64,000 nt of DNA from a virus. The position numbers and the translations under genes are program-made. Location of the stretch: positions 18,611 to 82,610 of the IMG/VR virus record IMGVR_UViG_3300036770_004568; one strand, given 5' to 3'. The notes beneath the pieces were generated by a model. That model was not told where the DNA came from. It worked only from the letters and a program-made list of their open reading frames with translations, and ran no database searches. Within the stretch, counting starts at the first letter, position 1, and every line of letters begins with the position of its first letter. Below, in pieces: positions 1 to 9,571 of the stretch.

Positions 1-207
1 GCGTTCCAGGTTTGTGGCGCCTTGGACGAGGCAGGTCTCGGTAATGGGGATCCGTGCATTGGTGTAGAGGTTAACCATGCCCCGTTGATCGGTCTTGCTC
101 ATGGTCTCTGAGAAGACCAATACGACATTGAACCGTGGCTTGCAGTCACGATCCAGCCGCAACGGTTCATCCTCGGTGATAAACAGATAGAGGGTGTGCT
201 CGTGCAT
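1..207 (-). CDS. hypothetical protein, runs off the left edge of the window
   Basis: ATG at 207-205 overlaps the TAA of the upstream ORF (TAATG coupling); frame stays open to position 1 (MHEHTLYLFITEDEPLRLDRDCKPRF...). Confidence 0.65.
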   Translation of the reverse strand, partial: MHEHTLYLFITEDEPLRLDRDCKPRFNVVLVFSETMSKTDQRGMVNLYTNARIPITETCLVQGATNLER

Positions 208-1160
208 TAGCTCAGATAGTCAATGAGGGTATGGACACCCGAGTAGAAGACTTGCTTCTGGCTGCGTAGGTGACTGCGCAAACTCAAGCCTTGATTGAGA
301 ACTTCAGAGGGGTTCCGAAACTGCCCGAGAATCATGAGTCTCAGCATCTCACTACAGATGTAGGGGTCTGCATCAATGTTTTGAACGTTGATCAACCACT
401 GGTGATGCAAGGGGAGATCCTTACGGCTCAGGGCTACATTGAGGTTAGAGACTATAAGTCCGCAGCCGAGCAATGACATCTCCCTGAGATGACGATGCAG
501 ATGCGTGTGGCCTCCTAGATCCAAGTACACACTACTTTTGAGACCCAAATCAGAGATGGTGTTTCGGGGGAACTGACTGATGCCTAGGAACCGCACATCA
601 GGCAAGGCTGAGCGCAGGGCCACGATGTGTTTCTGTCCTCCTCGATCATTGAAGACGACTTGTTTGATTCGTTTTTCTTTCGCCAGTTCTTCTTCCGCAA
701 CAATGAACTCATCATGGATGTAGTCTGTGAGCCGAAAGATGGGTTGGCCCGCTCGCTCCTGCTGCAGTTGCTGTTCCCCGCAATGGGTCTGGGCAATGTA
801 TGTGCACTGATCAATCAGGGTTGAGCTTGGTTTCAGTGCCAGTCGGCTGATGCCGGGTGCATCAAGGAACCAGATCAAGCGCCGTGCCTTCTCCGGTGGC
901 TGATAGAAGTTCAGGCAATGGTGATCACTGATAATCCACACGCACCAGGGGTGGTCAATGTCTTCGAGTCTGAACTTGGGTGTGGTGACAACGTTGTAGA
1001 GATTGGTGTAGAGCGGAGGGTGTTCATGTTTGTTTTGACGACGGTCATCCGTATACCAGATATAGGAGCGCTCACCGCAATCCCTCAAGGCACCGCAGAG
1101 TTGATGCAAAGCCTCTGCGCGCCAGTCATGGAGATAAGAGCAGAAAACGTAGAACTCCAA
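207..1160 (-). CDS. hypothetical protein, possibly a degenerate glycosyltransferase-like protein
   Basis: 317 aa ORF; 'AEALHQLC', 'IFRLTDYI' and 'VYLDLGGH...REMSLLGC' resemble phage GT-B-like proteins. Confidence 0.55.
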   Translation of the reverse strand: MEFYVFCSYLHDWRAEALHQLCGALRDCGERSYIWYTDDRRQNKHEHPPLYTNLYNVVTTPKFRLEDIDHPWCVWIISDHHCLNFYQPPEKARRLIWFLDAPGISRLALKPSSTLIDQCTYIAQTHCGEQQLQQERAGQPIFRLTDYIHDEFIVAEEELAKEKRIKQVVFNDRGGQKHIVALRSALPDVRFLGISQFPRNTISDLGLKSSVYLDLGGHTHLHRHLREMSLLGCGLIVSNLNVALSRKDLPLHHQWLINVQNIDADPYICSEMLRLMILGQFRNPSEVLNQGLSLRSHLRSQKQVFYSGVHTLIDYLS

Positions 1161-1241
1161 CCACTACTGGCATGTGCAGCCAGTCTATCAGGTTTTGAAA
1201 CTTGTGGATCTAGAATGAATGTTATGCTTTGATGTTCAATC

Positions 1242-2027
1242 ATGTCCGTTGATAATACTACTTCTAACCCACAGCCAACGGCGAATCCACCGCCCACTGC
1301 TTACACGGAGCAAAAGCCTCATCTTGATATTCCGTTGCCTCACGGAATTCCCAACATCTCATTCTCAGCTGATGGTGTTATTGCTCTTGGAGCACTAGCC
1401 TGGATCCTGTGGGATCGCCTACTGAAAAATCAGATTGTCACCAAGCTCGATGGTGTCTTTGCACCTATCGAAGAGGAGCGCAAGCTCAACAATCTGTTGG
1501 CCCAGGTTGGTGTGATTACCAATGCCAGTCGGGTTGTGTTGGCTGCCTTCCACAATGGAGCCATTGACAACTGTGGGTATCACTTGACCAAGCTCTCCAC
1601 GATCAATAGTTACACCGCACCAGGGAGGCTGCCGATGTCGGTGCCGATTCGGGATCTGCCGGTGGGCCGCATCATGATCGAACTGGAAGAGCTCTTGGCA
1701 TCCACAGGGGATTGCTGGGTCATCACCGAGTACAAAGACTCACTTCCTGCTCCTTGCAAAGATCATCTGAGGAAGAACAACATTCAATGGATGTACAACC
1801 GACTAGTGAAGGTCGGTAATCTTCCCATTGGGATCTTGTCATTGCAGTATGACCAAGGTGAACGGCGTCTGCCGCCAGTTAACAATGAACCCCATGTTAA
1901 GCTTCTTGAGGATCTGTACAATCAGATTTCAGTCATTATGCGTAGACGGATCATTCATCCTGGTCCATTGCGCAAATTGTTGATGCGTCTCAAGGGTGGT
2001 GGTATTGAGGGACGCAATGCTCGTTAG
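1242..2027 (+). CDS. hypothetical membrane-anchored protein (GAF-like fold possible)
   Basis: 261 aa; hydrophobic segment GVIALGALAWILW; TAGAAT motif 25 nt upstream. Confidence 0.6.
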   Translation: MSVDNTTSNPQPTANPPPTAYTEQKPHLDIPLPHGIPNISFSADGVIALGALAWILWDRLLKNQIVTKLDGVFAPIEEERKLNNLLAQVGVITNASRVVLAAFHNGAIDNCGYHLTKLSTINSYTAPGRLPMSVPIRDLPVGRIMIELEELLASTGDCWVITEYKDSLPAPCKDHLRKNNIQWMYNRLVKVGNLPIGILSLQYDQGERRLPPVNNEPHVKLLEDLYNQISVIMRRRIIHPGPLRKLLMRLKGGGIEGRNAR

Positions 2028-2108
2028 TGCTTGGACAACAAGACGAATTGGGCATTTGTGATCATCCACTAAAGTTCTGCTATACTAAAGACAAGTAGCA
2101 GAGCGCCA

Positions 2109-2999
2109 GTGCAGCAGCTTTGGGAACCTAATGTCATTAAGACGGGACGTGCTTCCCGTAAACAAGGTCCCCAAGGCCGCAGCTATATCACGCCCTATGG
2201 CTATCTGCCGAGTGTTACCACAATTCGTGAAGGGGTCTCCGACGCCAAAAGCAAGAAGCGTCTGGAGATGTGGATTAAGAAGAATCCTGGTGCCAGTGAA
2301 GAAGCGAGTAAGCGTGGAACCCATATCCATGAGATGTGTGAGTATCATCTTCGCAAACTTCCGTACCAGGTCAATCCGGCCTATGCGGACTACTGGGAGG
2401 GCATTCCCAAGATCTTGGATCAGTTTTCACGGGTAATCTGGTCCGAGCGTCCCATGGGCAATGATTTCCAGTGGACGATTGGCAGTGACGAGATTGCTAG
2501 GCTCTGGGGCCACGTGGTTGATGAGAATGGCTGCATCTTGGGTTGGGCTGGATGTCCTGACCTCATTGGTGAGGCTGGAGGGAAGCTCACCCTGGCTGAC
2601 TATAAAACCAGTGTGAATCCCTATTGTCGTCACATGCCTGGCCGTGGGGTGACCCGCTACTCAGATGAGTGGAAGGCCCAAATGTCAGGTAATGCCAAGT
2701 TCAAGAAGGCCGCGCTCCAGATTGGTGCTTATTCCTTGGCATCAGAGGAGACCCTAGGACTTGAGATTGAGCAGGGTGCCATCATCGTTGCGACCAAGTC
2801 TGAGACCCAGCTCTTCATTCTTAGTCGTAGTGACGTCAAGTACCAACAGAAGCTGTGGATTGAGACCGTCAAGAAGTACTACGACGAGCACGAAATTCCT
2901 GACCAGGATCACCCTGAAGAAGTGATCAACACTCAAGATACGGTCATTGCTGAGACTCTTACCGTTGAAACTCTCACTGTTGAGTCGGTAGCCGTTTAG
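2109..2999 (+). CDS. PD-(D/E)XK exonuclease (Cas4-like phage exonuclease)
   Basis: Motifs LPSVTTI, RGTHIH, GCPDLIG, LADYKTS, QIGAY. Confidence 0.85.
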   Translation: MQQLWEPNVIKTGRASRKQGPQGRSYITPYGYLPSVTTIREGVSDAKSKKRLEMWIKKNPGASEEASKRGTHIHEMCEYHLRKLPYQVNPAYADYWEGIPKILDQFSRVIWSERPMGNDFQWTIGSDEIARLWGHVVDENGCILGWAGCPDLIGEAGGKLTLADYKTSVNPYCRHMPGRGVTRYSDEWKAQMSGNAKFKKAALQIGAYSLASEETLGLEIEQGAIIVATKSETQLFILSRSDVKYQQKLWIETVKKYYDEHEIPDQDHPEEVINTQDTVIAETLTVETLTVESVAV

Positions 3000-3975
3000 T
3001 TGAATCTATGAAAACTTGCAAGTGCTGCAAGCAGGAGCTTCCGCTAAGTTCTTTTTATGAGCATAGTGGATGTCGTGATGGTTATCGTCCTGAATGTAAA
3101 CAGTGTACATGTAATAACCAAAAAAAGCATAGAGCTGCTAATACCGATAAGATTAAAGCAAGGCAAAAACGCTATCGATCAAATCTTCAAGAGAAGAATA
3201 AGACTTATCAGCACTCCGACCCGATTAGGTGTAGAGTGTGCAAAGAGGTGAAGCCTCCTTCAGAGTTTCATAATAACAAATCACGTAAGACGGGAAAGAG
3301 TGATGTTTGTAAGTGTTGCTGCAGCATTTACCAAAAAGGCTATCGAGCGAACAATAAAGAGAAAATACGCATCTCTTGGAAAAGATGGTATGAATCAAAC
3401 AAGGAGCGAGTAATTACTCAGCATCGAGAGTATTACGCGGCTAATCCTGAGAAGAGACGTACATACATGCAGCAATATCAACGTAAACATCGCACAAGAA
3501 TTCTAGCCCTTCGTCGTCAGTGGCGACAAAAGAACCCGGACAAGATAAGTGCTTCCACGAAATCAAGGCGTTATCAGTCTGATCTCATGGTAAAGTCTCT
3601 TACTCCATCTGAAGTATCTGCGCGAAATAGGATTTATCTTTTTCGAGACTTCCTGAACCTGCTCTTTCCATTAACTGGCTATCTGTTCCATGTTGATCAC
3701 ATTGTACCACTCGCTCGCGGTGGGACTGAACACCCTGATAATTTGCAAATACTGCGTGACAAAGAAAACCTATCAAAGGGATGCAAGCTTGCCCACGAGG
3801 CTTCACTAAAGCCCTTGCCAGTACCAGAATCATTTTCCGGACTCTTAACAATGAAGCTCTATTCTGATCTCAGTAAAGAAGTTGAAATTGTTGAGGTATA
3901 TCATCTTTGGATTCAGCACATCAAGAAGTACTACGACGAGCACGAAATTCCCGACCAGGATCATCCTGAAGAGGT
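2869..3975 (+). repeat. direct repeat of ~55 nt (2869-2923 and 3921-3975) flanking the HNH ORF
   Basis: tcaagaagtactacgacgagcacgaaattcc(t/c)gaccaggatca(c/t)cctgaaga occurs twice. Confidence 0.9.
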
Positions 3976-4051
3976 GGTGGCGACGCAAGACGTAGTTGTT
4001 AACCAAACGGTAACCGTCGATACCGTGACCGTCGAGACCCTGGTGGCTTAG
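3008..4051 (+). CDS. HNH homing endonuclease fused to a copy of the exonuclease C-terminus
   Basis: Repeated CxxC zinc ribbons; HVDHIVPLARGG..HPDNLQIL...NLSKG; last ~48 aa repeat the end of the upstream exonuclease. Confidence 0.85.
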   Translation: MKTCKCCKQELPLSSFYEHSGCRDGYRPECKQCTCNNQKKHRAANTDKIKARQKRYRSNLQEKNKTYQHSDPIRCRVCKEVKPPSEFHNNKSRKTGKSDVCKCCCSIYQKGYRANNKEKIRISWKRWYESNKERVITQHREYYAANPEKRRTYMQQYQRKHRTRILALRRQWRQKNPDKISASTKSRRYQSDLMVKSLTPSEVSARNRIYLFRDFLNLLFPLTGYLFHVDHIVPLARGGTEHPDNLQILRDKENLSKGCKLAHEASLKPLPVPESFSGLLTMKLYSDLSKEVEIVEVYHLWIQHIKKYYDEHEIPDQDHPEEVVATQDVVVNQTVTVDTVTVETLVA

Positions 4052-4277
4052 CGCATGCAGCCAGAAACTGACGAATTCTGAGAAGAGGAAACGTCCTGTC
4101 GCAGTTGCCTGTACTGCATCTATGCGAGACCTGCATAGTTGAGGACTGTAAACTTTCAATGAGGCGACCCTAAAAGCAACATTAAGCCTCTTGGGATCAG
4201 TAGACTCTTGCTGATCCCGACCACTGCGCTACTACCTGTAGTCGCGTAGGGGAAGGCAATACCACCGCCCAAGGCAC

Positions 4278-4625
4278 ATGCCGTCAGAAGGACCGAGGAC
4301 CACCACTGTTCCAGACAACACCCGTACTGGTCAACTGTCGATTCTATCCGAATCGATACGGACCATTCTCAACACGTCGTACTTGATGTCTGTTGAGAAC
4401 AATACGTTATACTTCTGTCATTCCAGTAAGGAGAAGATGCATTGGCTTGTCAATGATCTGACTTCTTCACTGATTTTTAGTCATGCCAAGCAATTGGGAT
4501 GTGACTACGTTCACTTCCATTACTATGGCAAGGTGTCTGTGTCCGGTGGTTTAACTTACATCCGTAATAGCATTGCGAATCATGCAAAGAAGTTGCGTGA
4601 GAAAGAATTCACGTTGACAATTTAG
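4278..4625 (+). CDS. hypothetical protein
   Basis: 115 aa ORF, convergent with the next gene. Confidence 0.5.
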   Translation: MPSEGPRTTTVPDNTRTGQLSILSESIRTILNTSYLMSVENNTLYFCHSSKEKMHWLVNDLTSSLIFSHAKQLGCDYVHFHYYGKVSVSGGLTYIRNSIANHAKKLREKEFTLTI

Positions 4626-5347
4626 ACGGTCGAAAGACCATTGCCTTCTTCTGACTTTCCGTTCTCTGCCGTTGGTTCCGTATTGGAGCCAGCGGCATTT
4701 TCTTCGGCTTCACTCAATTCCAGTTTGCTTTGCAGTTCATCAATGTCACAACGCAACAGAGAAGCCAGTCGCACCAGGAAGTTGAAGTCGGGTTTGATGC
4801 CCTGGTGTAGTGAAATGATTTCTGGTTCACCGATGCCGTAACTCTCTAGCAGGGAGATCCACTGGGCTGGTGTGTTCACCCTGGAGCGTTCAGCTTCAAT
4901 CATGTCAACAATGGATTGATTGGCTGATGTTTCTTCTGGTTCATCACTGGGTTGCAGTTTCAGCCTTTGAATCTCTTTGCGGATCAGGTCACTGACCAGG
5001 GAGAGTAGTGAGGAGAGCAGCTGGATATTGGTGATGCTGCGGATACTGCTCTCTAAATTGTAGAAACTCATGGACCGTTTCCAATGTCCATTGATGAGGT
5101 AGTGCAGCAAGTCATCAATGGGTACACCATAGAGGTGGGAAACACGCTGCATGGTTAGTGTACGGATAGAGAGGGGATGCACCTTCCCATAGACATAATC
5201 ACGGATGCAGGACTGTGATACACCCAGGTATTCCTGTCCTAGTCGTGCTTGACTAAGACGCCTGTAATCCATAATCTCCTTGATCACAACACTGAACCTT
5301 TTGCGGGCACCAGTGTTTAAGAGAACATCGTCTAGTTGGTTGGTCAC
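4622..5347 (-). CDS. putative XRE-type HTH transcriptional regulator
   Basis: 'RRLSQARLGQEYLGVSQSCIRDYVYGK' HTH; second HTH-like segment near the C-terminus; divergent from the primase gene. Confidence 0.65.
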   Translation of the reverse strand: MTNQLDDVLLNTGARKRFSVVIKEIMDYRRLSQARLGQEYLGVSQSCIRDYVYGKVHPLSIRTLTMQRVSHLYGVPIDDLLHYLINGHWKRSMSFYNLESSIRSITNIQLLSSLLSLVSDLIRKEIQRLKLQPSDEPEETSANQSIVDMIEAERSRVNTPAQWISLLESYGIGEPEIISLHQGIKPDFNFLVRLASLLRCDIDELQSKLELSEAEENAAGSNTEPTAENGKSEEGNGLSTV

Positions 5348-5486
5348 TGCTCTATACCGAGTGGCTGTAGAACTTCCAAGAGTCTAAGGGCTATCAGGAC
5401 GCAAGCGAGTCCAAACACTAGATCGCTTAACAATGCCCCCTTCCCGTTCACCACAAGTAGACTGGTACTTGACCTAGTGGCGTGGC

Positions 5487-8400
5487 ATGGAGAAGCGGGA
5501 GTCCCTAAAGAAAACCTTAAATCCTGGCGAGATCAAACTGGAGTGGATCCCCAAGAATTGGCCCCTGACCCCGTTGGGTGCCTACAAGAATGCCTATATC
5601 CAAGACTGGCAATCTAACCCGTTCTCTATTGAAGAAATTAGAACGGAAATTAGCCAAGGCCGATGTAAAGGTGTTGGCGTCTTGGGAGGTCCCTGCTTCA
5701 ACGAACGTTTTGGTTTGGTGTGGGTGGATGTCGATGGACAGTCGGTCCAGTCCAAGATTGAGGAGCTCTCACACCTTCCCTATGCGGAAGCACTGCCCGA
5801 TACCCTGACGATCTGCAGCGGTCGTGTGGGCCGTGAGCGCAGATTGTACAAGGTCTTGGCTGAGGACTTTGAGATCTTTGTTCGCAACAAATACTCTTGG
5901 CAGACCGATACCCCTGGTGAAAAACTAGAGATCCTCTGGTCCAACCTTCAAGGTGTGGTCATGGGACTGCATCCGGAGACCAGTGGCTTTTACACCCCTG
6001 ATGGTCTGGGCTTTGAGTGGGCCACGGATCTCCCACTGATTCCCAGTTGGCTCAAAGATGTCATCACCTCCAAGAATGCGCGGATGGGTGGTGCCGCCAA
6101 ACGGGTCACCCGTGTGGAAGGTCCTGGCTTTGCGTTCTCGCTGATTCAGGATTCCTCCAGAGATCGGGCCATGGCAGTCGAGGCCATGTGGTCGTTGCCG
6201 AGTGAGTTGGCGGATGACTATGACACCTGGATCATGGTTGGCCAGGCCTTGCATTCGGTTGATGATGAATTACTGGAGCAGTGGGATGCCTGGTCCCAGC
6301 AGTCAGAGAAGTATCAACCTGGTTTGTGCGAGCGCAAATGGGCGTCGTTCAATGCCGGATCGGGTGTGGGGCTGGGAACGCTCATTGAACTCAGCAAGAG
6401 AGTCTCCAATGTCGTCTATGAGCGACTGGAGCGTGAGAATGCATCACTGCCTGAAGATGATGACCTCGATCAAATCGAGAAGATTCGTCTTGAGCAGATG
6501 ATGATGCTTGAAGGTGTGGTGGAGCAAACCATTGAGAACACCACTGAACTGCATCACATCCATGAGGTGCTAGAAGAAGTTGTGGATGTGGTCAATGACT
6601 TTGCTGGTCAAAACCTTGTTGTTGATGAGTCATCGCTCGATACGGATAGTCCTGAACCCTCACTACCATCGCTGAAGAGAAATCCTCCCGTCAACATCAT
6701 GCGGGACATGATTCTTTTCAAGATGGCTGGGAGTATTCTCTATGATCCAACACAGGAGTCCTATTACAGATACAGCCATAGATCAGAAGGCGTGTGGGGC
6801 AAGCTATCAAGTTTTGAAATGAACTCCATCATCCAGAACTACCTGGATGAAATGCACCTGCCCAAAGGCTATTCATCAGGGACGGTTCAATCACTGATGG
6901 ATCTCCTCGGACCACGGCTGGGTCAGGTGGAGTGGAACAACAAGCCCAACTTGCTGTGCTTCAAGAATGGGGTTCTTGATACCGAGACCATGACCCTGAT
7001 GCCCCACAGCAGGGACTTCTACATGGTCACCCAATTGCCATTTGACTACGACCCTTCTGCAGATTGTCCCCGTACCAAGCAGTGGATTGCCTATACCCAA
7101 TTCAACAATGAGGAGATGGTCAAGGTGCTGCAGGCCTGGTTGCGTGCGGTGCTGCTGGGACGCCATCAACTGCAGATGTTCCTGGAATTGATTGGTGCTG
7201 CCGGTGCTGGTAAAGCTCAGCCCAATGACGCTCGTATCTTGACGCCCGATGGATGGCGCCATTTGGATTCCATCAAGGTCGGTGATCATGTGATTGCCGC
7301 TGATGGCAATCCATCGTTGGTCATGGGGATCTATCCGCAAGGACGCAAGGAGATCTTTTCTGTTGTCTTTGATGATGGCAGTGTGGCTGAGTGCTGCAAT
7401 GAGCACCTCTGGCAGATCTACATCGGTGACAATCGCAACCACTACATCTGGACACTGGGGCAGATCCAGGAGTACCTCAAGAAATGTCCTGATGCACGGA
7501 TCTCAATTCCTCTCTGTCAGCCAGTGCAGTTCCCTGTGCAGCAGATCCAGGCGGAACCCTACGCCTATGCACGGGAAGTCATTGATTTGATGAACAGTGG
7601 ATCGGAGTCCAACAAGATTCACTGTATCCCGATTCAGTACAGACTGAATACCATCTCTGTTCGTCTGCATTTCCTGCAGGGTCTGATGGACCTAGCCGGT
7701 AGCACCAGGGAGGATGGGATGTGTGTGTTTGAGTGCAAGGAAGAGTACTTTGCTTCGGACCTGGCTTCGATCATCCGTAGCCTGGGAGGTAAAGTTTGGG
7801 TGCGTCCGCAGAAATCCAGGTCCAAGAAAAACCCTGTTGTGACCTATCGGTTGGAGTTCTTCTTGCATCCGATGTTTGCCCCCTTCCGCCTCAACGATGA
7901 GAAGCTGGTGGAGTGGCGTAAGGCTTACAACGGCTTTGCCCACACCAAGGTGATTGACAAGATCACGTTCTCTCGCTACTCAGAAGCGCGTTGCATCTAC
8001 ATCAACAACCCAGCTCACCTGTACATCACGGATCACTTCGTGGTGACGCACAATACTTCGTTCTCAAACCTGTGTGTGGCCCTGGTGGGAACTGAGAATA
8101 CCTTTAGCACCAGGCTCAGCCTGCTGGAGAGCAACCGCTTTGAGGTCAGTGGTGCCTATCAGAAGAAGCTGATTGTGATCGCCGACTCGGAGCGCTATGG
8201 CGGATCGGTGGATACGCTCAAGGCATTGACAGGTGGTGATCAGATTCGCTCGGAGCAAAAGTTCCAGCGTCAAGCCTCTTCGTTTGTGTACACAGGAATG
8301 TTGGTGCTCACGGCCAACGAGAGCTTGCAGACCACAGATCCCAGTTCCGGTCTGTTCCGGCGCCGCCTGACCGTTCCTTTCTCTCGCTCCAGGGCTGGGC

Positions 8401-9053
8401 AGAAGAATATTGAACTGATTGCCTTTGATGCACTGGGCAATCCTTATGGGTATCTGGCTGGTGAGCTCAGTGGCGTGGTGAACTGGGTGCTGTCGATGAG
8501 TGAGGAGGAGATGCTGGAGTACACCAAGAACGCCACAAACCATATCAAGGTTCTCAAAGAGCAGAAGGCTGAGTTGCTGTCTGAATCCAACACTCTGATC
8601 GACTGGATGCAGGAGCGGATCGTCTTTGATCCCAATGCCGCAACGGCGGTGGGTCACAAGCAAGACGCTGAGGCGGGTCAGTTCTCCGTGCGCAATGCCG
8701 AGAGCTGGTTGTATGCCTCTTATGTCGATGCCTGCCGCAAAGCCAATGTTCGCGAAGTCGGGCGCCCCAGGTTTGTCCGGTTGCTGGAGGACATCTGCAT
8801 CAACCAGCTGCGGGTCAAGGTGCTGAAGATCAAGGGCAAGAGGACCCGTCACATCTTCAAGGGTTTGGCAATTCGCAAGGCTGATTCGTTCTATGACGGA
8901 TTCCCATCGATTGTGGACTATGCGTTCAATGCGGACAAGTGGGAGTATCTGTATGGTTCACAAGAGACCATTGAAGAGCAGTTGAAGCAAGACCTGGTGC
9001 TGGAGCATCAACCGTCCCAACTCAGTTCGGGAATCCCTGATTTACCGTTCTGA
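5487..9053 (+). CDS. primase-helicase (prim-pol, PriCT-2, D5-like SF3 helicase) containing an intein
   Basis: N-terminal WVDVDG prim-pol motif; 'DYDTWIMVGQALHS' PriCT-2; 'FKNGVLD' D5_N; Walker A GAAGAGK|T split by the intein; 'LKALTGGDQI'. Confidence 0.9.
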   Translation: MEKRESLKKTLNPGEIKLEWIPKNWPLTPLGAYKNAYIQDWQSNPFSIEEIRTEISQGRCKGVGVLGGPCFNERFGLVWVDVDGQSVQSKIEELSHLPYAEALPDTLTICSGRVGRERRLYKVLAEDFEIFVRNKYSWQTDTPGEKLEILWSNLQGVVMGLHPETSGFYTPDGLGFEWATDLPLIPSWLKDVITSKNARMGGAAKRVTRVEGPGFAFSLIQDSSRDRAMAVEAMWSLPSELADDYDTWIMVGQALHSVDDELLEQWDAWSQQSEKYQPGLCERKWASFNAGSGVGLGTLIELSKRVSNVVYERLERENASLPEDDDLDQIEKIRLEQMMMLEGVVEQTIENTTELHHIHEVLEEVVDVVNDFAGQNLVVDESSLDTDSPEPSLPSLKRNPPVNIMRDMILFKMAGSILYDPTQESYYRYSHRSEGVWGKLSSFEMNSIIQNYLDEMHLPKGYSSGTVQSLMDLLGPRLGQVEWNNKPNLLCFKNGVLDTETMTLMPHSRDFYMVTQLPFDYDPSADCPRTKQWIAYTQFNNEEMVKVLQAWLRAVLLGRHQLQMFLELIGAAGAGKAQPNDARILTPDGWRHLDSIKVGDHVIAADGNPSLVMGIYPQGRKEIFSVVFDDGSVAECCNEHLWQIYIGDNRNHYIWTLGQIQEYLKKCPDARISIPLCQPVQFPVQQIQAEPYAYAREVIDLMNSGSESNKIHCIPIQYRLNTISVRLHFLQGLMDLAGSTREDGMCVFECKEEYFASDLASIIRSLGGKVWVRPQKSRSKKNPVVTYRLEFFLHPMFAPFRLNDEKLVEWRKAYNGFAHTKVIDKITFSRYSEARCIYINNPAHLYITDHFVVTHNTSFSNLCVALVGTENTFSTRLSLLESNRFEVSGAYQKKLIVIADSERYGGSVDTLKALTGGDQIRSEQKFQRQASSFVYTGMLVLTANESLQTTDPSSGLFRRRLTVPFSRSRAGQKNIELIAFDALGNPYGYLAGELSGVVNWVLSMSEEEMLEYTKNATNHIKVLKEQKAELLSESNTLIDWMQERIVFDPNAATAVGHKQDAEAGQFSVRNAESWLYASYVDACRKANVREVGRPRFVRLLEDICINQLRVKVLKIKGKRTRHIFKGLAIRKADSFYDGFPSIVDYAFNADKWEYLYGSQETIEEQLKQDLVLEHQPSQLSSGIPDLPF
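7215..8054 (+). mobile_element. intein (280 aa, Ala1, class 3 WCT signature) with a degenerate LAGLIDADG domain
   Basis: Starts AQPNDARILTPDG and ends FVVTHN followed by Thr+1; removing it restores GAGKT; EHLW, ARCIYI and VTHN supply W, C and T. Confidence 0.9.
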
Positions 9054-9100
9054 ATTCTGGCTATACTATACAAGAGTGTTGATTACCTCGACGTTATTAC

Positions 9101-9433
9101 ATGTCTGACATTAAATTCACTTGGACTGTGACCAACCTGGAGCGCCAGTGCGATACGGGTCTGGTGCTTGGTGCTGCCTACATGGTGGAAGCATCCGATG
9201 ATGTCTATAAATCCAGTGTGGTGGGCACCATCGAGTTCGATGCTCCTGAAGACGACAGCAGCATCGTTCCCTATTTTGATCTGACCCAGGACCTTGTACT
9301 GGGCTGGATCAAGGAGAAGCTGGGTGAGGAGAACACCGCCAAGGTGGAAGACGCCCTCAACACGGCTGTCTCTGAGCAACGTCAACCAACCCGTGCGCTT
9401 GGTATTCCCTGGCCTGTGGCTGCAGCTGCCTAA
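9101..9433 (+). CDS. small conserved phage protein, paralogue of 14434-15051 (fibre-associated)
   Basis: FTWTVTNLER...VPYFDLTQDLVLGWIK...GIPW shared with the paralogue. Confidence 0.75.
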   Translation: MSDIKFTWTVTNLERQCDTGLVLGAAYMVEASDDVYKSSVVGTIEFDAPEDDSSIVPYFDLTQDLVLGWIKEKLGEENTAKVEDALNTAVSEQRQPTRALGIPWPVAAAA

Positions 9434-9453
9434 GGCTACATGCATAGATTTAT

Positions 9454-9491
9454 AGCTCCAGTTCTCAACACCAGGGATCTGGAGCTTTTTT
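9454..9491 (+). terminator. putative intrinsic terminator
   Basis: agctccag...ctggagct stem followed by a T run. Confidence 0.5.
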
Positions 9492-9571
9492 CTTATGCTT
9501 GACGCATTCATCCTTGCTAGAATATGTGATAACTCAAGGCATCCATTTGGTTGTGACCGGCTGAGATAAGA

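Noticed and set aside
2109-2999. CRISPR-Cas system suggested by the Cas4-like nuclease
   Set aside because: No repeat-spacer array or other cas genes seen in the window.
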